Shown here in pieces: positions 26,737 to 35,989 of a stretch of 64,000 bases of DNA; position 1 is the stretch's first letter, and each line of letters starts with the position of its first letter. Position numbers and translations under genes: made by a program. The notes beneath the pieces were generated by a model. That model worked only from the letters and a program-made list of their open reading frames with translations. It ran no database searches and was not told the origin of the DNA. Source of the stretch: a bacterium (GTDB lineage: Bacteria > Zhuqueibacterota > Zhuqueibacteria > Residuimicrobiales > Krinioviventaceae); the NCBI GenBank assembly GCA_963693055.1, contig OY843751.1, forward strand, positions 4,160,001 to 4,224,000. The letters run 5' to 3'.

Positions 26737-28299
26737 ATGGACAGAAAATACCCGTATATCACTATTCTCATACTTGCCTGTTTTCTCTCTTGCAGTAACA
26801 GCTCAGTAGATCCATGGAAAAGAGCACCTGAAATCCTTAAAGACATCAAAGCACCTGATTTTCCCAATATAGAATTCAACATAATAGATTATGGTGCAAG
26901 AGGAAATCAGAATTACGACTGCACAGAATCCATAAAACAGGCAATAAGTGCATGCCATAAAGCCGGAGGGGGCAAAATCATAATTCCTGCCGGTATTTAT
27001 ATGACAGGCCCCATTCATTTAATGAGCAATGTAAATCTGCATCTTGAAGAAAATGCAGTCTTGAAATTTTATTTTGATCCCGAAAAATATCTTCCTTTGG
27101 TCTTCAGCCGCTGGGAAGGTGTAGAATTGATGAATTATTCACCCCTCGTTTATGCATATGGTCAGGAAAATATTGCCATAACAGGAAAAGGAACCTTGGA
27201 TGGACAGGCAGGTAAAGGGAGATGGTGGGATTGGAGAAAAAATCCTACATGGGGTTGGCAGGAAGGTAAAGTTTCTCAGAGTGAAAACAGGAACATCCTG
27301 TTTGAAATGGCAGAAAATAAAGTTCCGGTCAAAGAGCGTGTATTCCCGGATGGTTCATTACTCTCACCACCATTCGTTCAACTGTACAATTGTAAAAGCA
27401 TACTGATAGATGGAATCACAATAATAAATTCTCCCATGTGGCACTTGCATACAGTGCTATCACAAGATATTACAATCCAAAACCTCAATATCAGCAGTTT
27501 TGGTCCCAATAGTGACGGATGTATTGTGGAATCCTGTAAAGATGTAATAATACAAAACTGCAAAATCAGAACTCAAAACGATTGCATTTCATTAAAATCT
27601 GGTCGTAACGAAGATGGGCGAAGAATCAATATACCAACAGAAAATGTCATTATAGACAACTGTAACCTGCAAAGCGGCATTGGTGCATTTACTATCGGCA
27701 GCGAAACGTCTGGCGGCATACAAAATGCTTTTATTAAAAATTGTCAAATGACCAGCCCCTATATGGGATTTGGAATCCGGTTAAAAAGCAATTCATTAAG
27801 AGGCGGCTTAGTCCGTAATGTCCATTTTAAAAACATAGAAATCAGCCAAGTTTCAAACGCTGTCATATCTCTGAGTATGTATTATAATGAAGGCGATGCA
27901 GGCAGTCACAACCCAACAATAGAAAATTTTACGTTTGAAAATATTAAAAGTTATAAAAGTAGTTACGGATTAATATTGATGGGATACACAGATTCAGAGA
28001 TATCCAATATACAATTCAAAAACTGTACTTTTCAGAATGTTGAGAATGGCAATTGTATTATTAATGTGAAAAATATATCCGCTATCAATACAACTACGAG
28101 TGGCGAAAAACTGCCAAACATTAAAGAATTGAAAATGCCAAAACAAGTTAGAAATACTTTGAATAAAGAATTGGGGAACGGTATCGTTGAGCGGTTAATG
28201 GTTCATACATATAGTACCGGAGTTCGGTATGAATTCAGGATTCTTGTAAATGGGTTACGCAGATATGTTTTTATTAATCAGGACGGAAGGTTATTATAA
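26737..28299 (+). CDS. GH28 polygalacturonase-like lipoprotein with altered catalytic motifs and a PepSY-like C-terminal tail
   Basis: TGPIHLMSNVNLHL, PNSDG, IGSETSGG, IRLKS; QND replaces GDD and GIG replaces GHG. Confidence 0.88.
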   Translation: MDRKYPYITILILACFLSCSNSSVDPWKRAPEILKDIKAPDFPNIEFNIIDYGARGNQNYDCTESIKQAISACHKAGGGKIIIPAGIYMTGPIHLMSNVNLHLEENAVLKFYFDPEKYLPLVFSRWEGVELMNYSPLVYAYGQENIAITGKGTLDGQAGKGRWWDWRKNPTWGWQEGKVSQSENRNILFEMAENKVPVKERVFPDGSLLSPPFVQLYNCKSILIDGITIINSPMWHLHTVLSQDITIQNLNISSFGPNSDGCIVESCKDVIIQNCKIRTQNDCISLKSGRNEDGRRINIPTENVIIDNCNLQSGIGAFTIGSETSGGIQNAFIKNCQMTSPYMGFGIRLKSNSLRGGLVRNVHFKNIEISQVSNAVISLSMYYNEGDAGSHNPTIENFTFENIKSYKSSYGLILMGYTDSEISNIQFKNCTFQNVENGNCIINVKNISAINTTTSGEKLPNIKELKMPKQVRNTLNKELGNGIVERLMVHTYSTGVRYEFRILVNGLRRYVFINQDGRLL

Positions 28300-28341
28300 T
28301 CCGGTTCAATTCCCCATCCAACAATTCATTCAGGGGTATTC

Positions 28342-29884
28342 ATGAAGCGCAGACAATTTATAAAATCCATTTCTGTTGTCAGCATTACAAGGTTTTCCGG
28401 AATTAATTGTGCAAAACCATCAAAATCAAGCTTTCCCAATATTGTTCTCATATATGCAGATGACCTGGGTTATGGAGATCTGAGTTGCTACGGGGCATCT
28501 CGTGTCAATACACCCAACATTGACAGCCTGGCTAAAAACGGAAAAGTTCACACAAGCTTATGCCACTGCCGCCACTTGCACACCTTCACATTATTCCCTG
28601 ATAACCGGCCAGTATACATGGCGGAAAAAAGGGACGGGTATTGCGCCAGGAGACGCTTCTCTCCTTATACCAACAAACATCACTACATTTCCCTCAATGC
28701 TTGGCAATGCAGGCTACACATGTGGAGTCGTTGGTAAATGGCATTTGGGATTAGGTGACAAAAAACCAAACTGGAATACTGAAATTAAACCGGGACCACT
28801 TGAAATCGGTTTTAATTATTCCTTTTTAATTCCCGCAACAGGAGATCGTGTTCCCTGCGTATATGTTGAAAACCATCATATAGTGGGACTCGATCCATCA
28901 GATCCCATAACAATCAGTTTTAAAGAAAATGTAGGCAACTCTCCCACTGGCATTTCTCATCCGGAAATGTTAAAATTCAGGGGCGATCCCCAACACAGCA
29001 ACACAATCGTAAACGGTGTTAGCAGAATTGGTTACATGACTGGTGGAGAATCTGCACACTGGGTAGATGAAGACATGGCAGATGTAATCAGCAGCAAAGC
29101 CATTAATTTTATTGAACAGAATAAAAGTTACCCCTTTTTTCTCTACTTTTCCCTGCACGATATTCACGTACCGCGGGTTCCCAATCCCCGTTTTGTTGGA
29201 AAAACAGAAATGGGCCCACGCGGTGATGCCATTGTTCAGGCAGATTGGTGTGTGGGAGAAATTCTAAAATCCCTCAACAAACTGGGTTTGACAGAAAATA
29301 CAATCGTTATATTCAGCTCTGACAATGGTCCGGTGCTGAATGATGGATACGATGACCACGCAGAGGAACTCAAGGGCAGCCACAAAGTTGCAGGTCCATT
29401 GCGCGGTGGTAAATATAGCAGTTTTGAAGGCGGTACCCGCATCCCGCTTTTGCTTCAATGGCCCCCAAAAGTAAAACCGGCAATCAGCAATGCTCTGATC
29501 AGTCAGATTGATTTCCTTGCCTCTTTTGCAGCATTAACAAAACAAACACTCTCTGACAAAGATGCACCTGACAGCATAGACAATCTTGCCGCACTGATTG
29601 GAAAAGACCCGATAGGACGCAGCCATATTGTAGAACAATCTGCCGAGAACTTTATCAACCTGCGCAAAGGGAAATGGAAGTTTATAGAACCGGGAAAAGG
29701 TCCCAAACTCAATGTTATCAAAAATATAGAAACCGGCAGAGACCCGAATCCACAATTATATGATCTTTCTACAGACATTGGGGAACAGATAAACGTTGCA
29801 GAAAAATACCCACAAAAGCTTAAAGAAATGCAAACCCTGCTGCAAAAAATACGTGAAACCGGAGACAGGTCTTTACGTAGTTAA
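28342..29884 (+). pseudogene. Frameshifted arylsulfatase (Tat signal), S1 family
   Basis: MKRRQFIK...[15 protein letters not shown] in one frame, [16 protein letters not shown] onward in another; shift near 28540-28546; CxPxR reads CTPSH. Confidence 0.85.
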
Positions 29885-29945
29885 TATTGCAAACAGCGAT
29901 AACTATCTTTTCGCATCAATCAATCATTGACTACAAGGGGCAATA

Positions 29946-30548
29946 ATGAAACGCACCGAGCTTTATCACCCACGGGTATTCGACTCTCTCTGGGCGGAAA
30001 AATATTACAATAATAATTTTAAAAATATTCAACGCGCAGGCAAAGATATTGTAAAAATCCTCAAACAGTATGGATTTAAAAACGGTAAAATTCTTGACGC
30101 GGGTTGCGGTTTTGGAGCCATAGATATAGAAATAGCAAAAGCATTTCCTGAAGCAGAAATTATAGCAGTCGATCTTTCCGAACCACTGCTCGAAATTGCA
30201 AAACGGGATGCCGAAAAAAACAAAGTATCAGACAGGATCACCTTTCAACCGGGCGACGTGCATAACCTGAGTTTTGACACTGCCTCTTTTGATTTGGTAA
30301 TCAATACCTTCTTGCTGCATATTGTTGAACATCCCATTGATATGCTGAACGAGTTGGATCGTGTTACAAAGCCAAACGGTCATATAATCGTTCTTGATCT
30401 CTGCAGAAACTGGCTTGCATGGATCATCAAAGAACTGCGTAAATCTTTGACACTGAACGAAGCCAGTGAAATCATCAAAAAATCAAATATACGCAAGGGA
30501 AAAACGTCACGGGGTGCCTATTGGTGGGCCTGGGAATCAGATAACTGA
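29946..30548 (+). CDS. Class I SAM-dependent methyltransferase
   Basis: ILDAGCGFG, VDLSE, GDVHNL, FDLV and RVTKPNG motifs. Confidence 0.92.
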   Translation: MKRTELYHPRVFDSLWAEKYYNNNFKNIQRAGKDIVKILKQYGFKNGKILDAGCGFGAIDIEIAKAFPEAEIIAVDLSEPLLEIAKRDAEKNKVSDRITFQPGDVHNLSFDTASFDLVINTFLLHIVEHPIDMLNELDRVTKPNGHIIVLDLCRNWLAWIIKELRKSLTLNEASEIIKKSNIRKGKTSRGAYWWAWESDN

Positions 30549-30646
30549 AATCACTGAAATCCTAGTCAAGAATACCAATCATAATGAGGAATTGAATCAT
30601 GTTATCATTTAAACGTGAATGAATAGCAACACAATGTGGACCGGGT

Positions 30647-30796
30647 TTGAGATTTGTTTGCATAGCTATGGCTATCCCTGTTCTACCGGATATTGCTATT
30701 GCCTTCGGAACAATAATCATGGGCACCATTTACGGCTTTTTAACTGAACTTATTACATCTGTACTATTCAAAGCCAAATCACCTGCAAGCGCCTGA
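30647..30796 (+). pseudogene. Possible 3' remnant of a membrane-protein gene, or a 49-aa membrane peptide
   Basis: Frame reads LRFVCIAMAIPVLPDIAIAFGTIIMGTIYGFLTELITSVLFKAKSPASA*, has no good RBS and is followed by a terminator. Confidence 0.35.
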
Positions 30797-30807
30797 TTCA
30801 AAATTTT

Positions 30808-30839
30808 GGGAGACCAGATCACAACCTGCTCCCCTTTTT
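30808..30839 (+). terminator. Intrinsic terminator
   Basis: GGGAG..CAG-loop-CTG.CTCCC followed by a T-run. Confidence 0.6.
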
Positions 30840-30972
30840 AAAAAATCCGAACAACGCATTTTCAAACCCGCACATTTATTGACCTAAAAAACCGCTTGCG
30901 CTTTGATACAACAAACACTACCTTTCACCTTGCCTTAAAAATTTTCTAAAAAACATAAAAAATGGAGACCTC

Positions 30973-32163
30973 ATGAAAAAACTCTTGCTACTGATTATAC
31001 TCCTTCCGATGTTTATTTTTGCGCAACACAATATCACCATTGACGGAGATTTTAGCGACTGGCAGGATGTGCCTGTATCTGTTACGGATCCTGCTGATGA
31101 TGTTCATCATACAGACGGCTATCCGGCAGGTACTGCTCCCGGTTACCGTGCATATAGCGATGTTGATATATTAAAAGTTAAATTCACCAACGATGCTGAA
31201 AACCTGTTTGGTTACATGAGCGCAACCGGTATTATCGGAAACACATCATCCGATACCCTGGGCCACTCGAAAAAAGGCCGTTATTATTTCATCTTTACAA
31301 TCGATGTGGATGAGAATGAAGATACCGGTTACCGCCTTAATGAAGGTGGATATTATCCGGATAGTGACGGATACGATGTGAATATGGAAGTAGAATTCTA
31401 CAACGGTGGATTCAACACCGGCCATTATATCAATCACGAATTTCTGTCTGATAATGCAGTTGAAACCCAGGGCATGCAGGATCTTAAAGATGGCATTATT
31501 CGTCTTGCTCCTGGTGTATACGACTATTATTCCCAGTGGGTTACCTTTGAAGACTCGTCTTATGTTGTGGTTGCTGACAAGGGTCCCGTTTACCAGGGAA
31601 TCATCACCATTGCGGTATCAGAAGACGGCCATGAAGCAGAAATGAAAGCACCCATGTGGGGATTCCTGAAAACCCCGGAAGGTACACCTATTATCGATTT
31701 GGGATATACCCTCAAAGTCTCTGCATCACTTGAAGGCAGTGGCGAGTTGTCTGAAGAATCCATTAATAACGGCTATACTCCCGGCAGCCACTCGGAATGG
31801 GGTTCAGATACGGCAGAACCGTTCCTCTATACAGTTATGGATCCCGCAACATCCATTGCAGATAATTCTAAAAATACAGTACCGCAATCAACAGTATTGC
31901 ATCCCAACTATCCCAATCCATTCAATCCGGAAACTATTATAGAATACGAATTGACAGAAAATGGATTTACAAGCATTGTGGTTTATAATATACTCGGTAA
32001 AGAGATCAAATCATTGGTTTCTGAAAACCAGGCTCCGGGTTTACATCGTATATCATGGGACGGCAAAGACAATTCTGGCAGCAACGTAGGTTCCGGATTT
32101 TATTTCATTCAGCTTCAAACCGGTAATACCGTCCAAAGCCAAAAAGCTATCTTGATCAGATAA
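30973..32163 (+). CDS. Secreted protein with C-terminal FlgD-Ig / T9SS-type-A-like sorting domain
   Basis: Signal peptide; ITIDGDFSDW start (sugar-binding DOMON-like); NYPNPFNPET..VYNILGKEI..WDGKD..SGFYF. Confidence 0.85.
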   Translation: MKKLLLLIILLPMFIFAQHNITIDGDFSDWQDVPVSVTDPADDVHHTDGYPAGTAPGYRAYSDVDILKVKFTNDAENLFGYMSATGIIGNTSSDTLGHSKKGRYYFIFTIDVDENEDTGYRLNEGGYYPDSDGYDVNMEVEFYNGGFNTGHYINHEFLSDNAVETQGMQDLKDGIIRLAPGVYDYYSQWVTFEDSSYVVVADKGPVYQGIITIAVSEDGHEAEMKAPMWGFLKTPEGTPIIDLGYTLKVSASLEGSGELSEESINNGYTPGSHSEWGSDTAEPFLYTVMDPATSIADNSKNTVPQSTVLHPNYPNPFNPETIIEYELTENGFTSIVVYNILGKEIKSLVSENQAPGLHRISWDGKDNSGSNVGSGFYFIQLQTGNTVQSQKAILIR

Positions 32164-32177
32164 TTTTAACAACACAC

Positions 32178-32222
32178 TGGTGCCTGATCATCCGTCTGTG
32201 ACGGATGATCATAGGCCCGGTG
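32178..32222. repeat. REP-like palindrome, GGTGCCYGA...GGCCCGGTG family (may double as terminator)
   Basis: TGATCATCCGTC-TGT-GACGGATGATCA perfect stem; flanks shared with 35839-35888 and partly 37821-37868. Confidence 0.6.
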
Positions 32223-32442
32223 TTATTTGTTTTTTTTTTTAATAAATACCCATTCTTTCTACTTCCAACGTCCCACCTTTGCCCTCTTCGTCTGACTCGT
32301 GACTGTACGCAACATTCATCTCAATTAAACAACACATTTCCATTGGCTCATAATATTTCACTGGATTCTAATCAATATTATTATATTTTATAAACAAGGT
32401 TGGGAGTATAAATAAATACATTATTGAATCAAGGAGAGCAAT

Positions 32443-33870
32443 ATGGATTATAATGTATCACGTCGTAGTTTTATGAAAAGTGTTTCTGCTGTAACAGCTG
32501 CTGCCTCTGCCCCGTTAATTCTTCCAAAATCAGTATTTGGGGCCAATGACCGCATTAATGTAGCGGTTCTGGGTGTTAGAGGACGTGGAAAAAATCACAT
32601 TGAAGGCTTTATGCAGCAGGACAATGTAGAGGTTGTCACACTGTGTGATCCTGATAAAAATGTGCTGGCTGAACGCGCAAAAACATTTCAGGAAACCTAT
32701 GGAAAAAAAGTAAAACAGATTCAGAATTTGCGCAAGGTAATGGATGACAAAAAAATCGATGTTGTAACCATTGCAACACCAAACCACTGGCATTCACTGG
32801 CTACCATTTGGGCTTGCCAGGCAGGCAAAGATGTATATGTTGAAAAACCCATGAGCCATAACATCTTTGAAGGTGGACAAGCCGTAGCAGCGGCCCGAAA
32901 ATACGATCGAATTGTGCAGCATGGTACCCAGAGCCGTTCAAGTCAGAGTTGGGGTAAAATTATTGCCGCAATCCAGTCCGAAAAATATGGAAAACTGCTT
33001 GTATCAAAAGGATATTGCTGTAAACCCAGATGGAGCATTGGATACAAACCCTTTAAACAACCGCCTACGCATCTGGATTTTGATTTATGGGCTGGCCCAG
33101 CGCTGGATGATCGCTATCACGAAAATCTTGTACATTATAACTGGCACTGGTTCTGGCATACCGGCAATGGAGATACCGGCAACCAGGGTGTTCACCAGAT
33201 GGATATTGCCCGTTGGGCAATAAAAGGCGCTACATGGCCTACAAAAGTATGGGCATTGGGCGGACGCTTTGGCTATGACGATCAGGGTGAAACACCCAAT
33301 ACCCAGCTTGCCATGATGCAGTTTGGTGATGTGCTAATGTTGTTTGAAACACGTGGACTCGTTGGTGGCGAATCCAAAATGCCGCGCAAAGTAACGAACG
33401 AATTTTATACAACAGAAGGCATGTTTGATAATAAACGCTTCTATCCCAAAGACGGCGGTACACCGGTTGAATTAGATGATTTTGAATCAGCGGTTAAACC
33501 GGGTAACAATTTCGAAAACTTTATCAATGCTGTACGCAGCCACAATGTTAAAGAATTAAACGCTGATGTACTAGAAGGTCATTATTCTTCGGCATTATGC
33601 CATTTACCAAACATATCTCAACGTTTGGGCGAACAGGTACCATTCAAGACCCCCAATCAGGTATTGGAAAATGAAGTGGCCTATGACGCATGGCAAATGG
33701 TAGAAAAGAATCTGGCATGGGGACTGGATCTTGATCTGCACAACATGACTTATCAGAATGGGCTTGAACTGGCTTTTGATCCGGAAACGGAAAAATTTAC
33801 CAATGAAAATGCCAACGCAATGTTGACACGTACATACCGCGCACCCTATATCGTTCCGGAAACCGTTTAA
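32443..33870 (+). CDS. Tat-exported Gfo/Idh/MocA oxidoreductase
   Basis: SRRSFMK Tat signal; IATPNHWH, DVYVEKP, VQHGTQSRS, NQGVHQMD. Confidence 0.93.
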   Translation: MDYNVSRRSFMKSVSAVTAAASAPLILPKSVFGANDRINVAVLGVRGRGKNHIEGFMQQDNVEVVTLCDPDKNVLAERAKTFQETYGKKVKQIQNLRKVMDDKKIDVVTIATPNHWHSLATIWACQAGKDVYVEKPMSHNIFEGGQAVAAARKYDRIVQHGTQSRSSQSWGKIIAAIQSEKYGKLLVSKGYCCKPRWSIGYKPFKQPPTHLDFDLWAGPALDDRYHENLVHYNWHWFWHTGNGDTGNQGVHQMDIARWAIKGATWPTKVWALGGRFGYDDQGETPNTQLAMMQFGDVLMLFETRGLVGGESKMPRKVTNEFYTTEGMFDNKRFYPKDGGTPVELDDFESAVKPGNNFENFINAVRSHNVKELNADVLEGHYSSALCHLPNISQRLGEQVPFKTPNQVLENEVAYDAWQMVEKNLAWGLDLDLHNMTYQNGLELAFDPETEKFTNENANAMLTRTYRAPYIVPETV

Positions 33871-33872
33871 AC

Positions 33873-33905
33873 AAAAATCCCCCCAGCTTAACCACTGGGG
33901 GGATT
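33873..33905. terminator. Terminator between convergent genes
   Basis: AATCCCCCCAG-cttaacca-CTGGGGGGATT perfect 11-bp stem, with a U-tract on the minus strand. Confidence 0.8.
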
Positions 33906-33972
33906 GATAAATTCACATCTAATTTTCAAATCTCTTTTTTACTCTTTACGTCAGCCCTATTCCATCTCGTAT

Positions 33973-34000
33973 GCCTACTAATAACTGATTACTGATAACT
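33973..34000 (-). repeat. Heptamer tandem array (AGTTATC-type) abutting a stop codon
   Basis: TGA aa AGTTATC AGTAATC AGTTATT AGTAGGC. Confidence 0.75.
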
Positions 34001-34002
34001 TT

Positions 34003-35802
34003 TCACTTTCCATGAAACAACAATTCAGATGGTATCTCTCTTTTTTCAAATCCCGGTCCCTGCCAGGTCAATTTCAAATTCTGTCCGCCAGCCATCTGAA
34101 AATATTTACACTGAATCTTGTGTTTGCCTTTTTTCAATGCAATGGATGTGGACATTTCATAGCTTCCATGACCCCCGTCATTATTGATCACCAGTTTGTC
34201 ATCGAGCAACAGTACACTGCCATCGTTCGATTCCAGATATAGAGTATACTGCCCATCCTGCGGAACAGCCACATATCCATTAAAAATAAACGCGTAATCA
34301 TAATCACGACGACGTTTGTCAATATTGAATCCGTCAAGAGTACCTGAAGAAACAAAAGGCAGCTTTTCTATCTGATCACATCGTGAGGCACTTCCTTCAA
34401 AATACTGATAAAAAATCCCGGAGCCCGGTTCAGAATCTAACACCAAAGCCTGTTGATACACATCACTGCCAACATATGCGGAAACAATCCTGCTGGGTGG
34501 CTTGCCCGGTGCAAATGCCTGCATCAGCAGCGTCGTTGTACCGGTAACAGTAAACGGTTTATCATAGACTGTGCCATCGGTCAAAGATGGTAGACTTTCA
34601 TCCAGCGTATAACGAATAACGGCTCTATTTTCACATTCCAGCTCAACAATACCGTTTTTATCTCTTTTAACCACAGGCTCTGCTGTGTCATCCGAATAGA
34701 TCCAATCCATACTCAACCGGGTTAGCTGTATGGTCTCTAGCCCGTTACTGGTGCGTCGGTTTCCAGCACAATGTCCCAGCAGCACATGGTCATCTACAAA
34801 TTCTATAGCTGTATAGCAATACCAGCCATAAGGATCGCTTTCAACTGTTTTAATCTTTTTCCAGGTTTTTCCATCATCCGACGACAATGCAAGATTATAG
34901 GGTGTACGCTTGCCGCCATCGAGTGCGTCTTCATAATTATTGTTCCATAACAGCAATAAATCACCCGTAGACGGAATGCGCTCTATCGATGCAGGTGAAA
35001 GCGGGGACTTTATATTACCCGGCTCTAAAGTGGACCATGTCTCTCCCCTATCAGCTGACCAGGTAAAATATTGCACACCGGCATCGGTTCGACAAAACAT
35101 TAAGAGTTTGCCGGAATTCAACTCGATGATCCCCGGTTCCTGGGTAACAACTTTATTAGGATTCGCGGCAACGCTGCTTTTATGAAAGGTTACACCATTA
35201 TCGTCCGAGTAATAACTCATAATACGGGCAACAGGACTATGAAAATTTTCATCTACATGCAGAGCCACAGGCAGTAATATCCTGCCATCTTTTAACTGCA
35301 CCACACGGTCATTATTCATTACAAAATAACCGTCATCCTGAATCATCCTCCGGGGTTCTCCCCACGATTTTGCTTCATCTTTGGAAATCCGCATATACGG
35401 TACACAATCGGTTTCAGAATTCTTGCGTAAATAAATCAATGCAATTTCACCACTGTTTAACCGCAGCATGGAAACTGACATGATATTCATGCCCGCCTCA
35501 TTGGCTACAATCAAACTATCGGTTTGGGTCCAGGTACTGCCTTTATCATCTGAATATCGACCGGCAAGGTAAGCACTGTCATTGTCTCCATTACCACCGG
35601 TAAAATGGGTGTACACGAATAAAATACGACCATCTTTTAACGTAATAAAATCACCTTCACTGTTGCGGAAATTATCAGGACCCGGTTCCAACCTCAAAAC
35701 CACCTCTTTTCCGGGATGAGGAACTACTTTATTCATACCACAGGATTGCAATACTACTGCCATCAAAACCATTACTGTTAACAAATACCACTTGAATTTC
35801 AT
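34003..35802 (-). CDS. Lipoprotein: BNR/Asp-box sialidase-like (GH33-like) propeller + Fn3-associated + PA14
   Basis: LQSC lipobox; SDDKGSTW, SKDEAKSW, SDDNGVTF, SADRGETW and SDDGKTW Asp-boxes; IRYTLD; YLESNDGS...NDGGHG PA14. Confidence 0.85.
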   Translation of the reverse strand: MKFKWYLLTVMVLMAVVLQSCGMNKVVPHPGKEVVLRLEPGPDNFRNSEGDFITLKDGRILFVYTHFTGGNGDNDSAYLAGRYSDDKGSTWTQTDSLIVANEAGMNIMSVSMLRLNSGEIALIYLRKNSETDCVPYMRISKDEAKSWGEPRRMIQDDGYFVMNNDRVVQLKDGRILLPVALHVDENFHSPVARIMSYYSDDNGVTFHKSSVAANPNKVVTQEPGIIELNSGKLLMFCRTDAGVQYFTWSADRGETWSTLEPGNIKSPLSPASIERIPSTGDLLLLWNNNYEDALDGGKRTPYNLALSSDDGKTWKKIKTVESDPYGWYCYTAIEFVDDHVLLGHCAGNRRTSNGLETIQLTRLSMDWIYSDDTAEPVVKRDKNGIVELECENRAVIRYTLDESLPSLTDGTVYDKPFTVTGTTTLLMQAFAPGKPPSRIVSAYVGSDVYQQALVLDSEPGSGIFYQYFEGSASRCDQIEKLPFVSSGTLDGFNIDKRRRDYDYAFIFNGYVAVPQDGQYTLYLESNDGSVLLLDDKLVINNDGGHGSYEMSTSIALKKGKHKIQCKYFQMAGGQNLKLTWQGPGFEKREIPSELLFHGK

Positions 35803-35838
35803 AACCTACCCGTTCTTTTAATAATTATTAATCTTCAC

Positions 35839-35988
35839 CAGTGCCCGAGTGCCCCGAACTTGCTTCGGGATGTATCAACGGCCCGGTGCTTCTCATCGCC
35901 CAACTCCAGCTAACAGTTTATAGCTAACAGCATTACCATCTTTCATCTTTTTGGGCTACTGACAACTGATAACTGATTACTGATAACT
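35839..35988. repeat. Composite intergenic repeat (REP-like hairpin + heptamer arrays), duplicated at 37821-37986
   Basis: GTGCCCGAGTGCCCCGAACTTGCTTCGGGATG...TTCTCATCGCCCAACTC...CTGACAACTGATAACTGATTACTGATAACT. Confidence 0.75.
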
Positions 35989-35989
35989 C

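Noticed and set aside
28530-28550. Programmed ribosomal frameshift in the sulfatase
   Set aside because: It would need +1/-2 with no canonical slippery site, and the catalytic motif is also mutated
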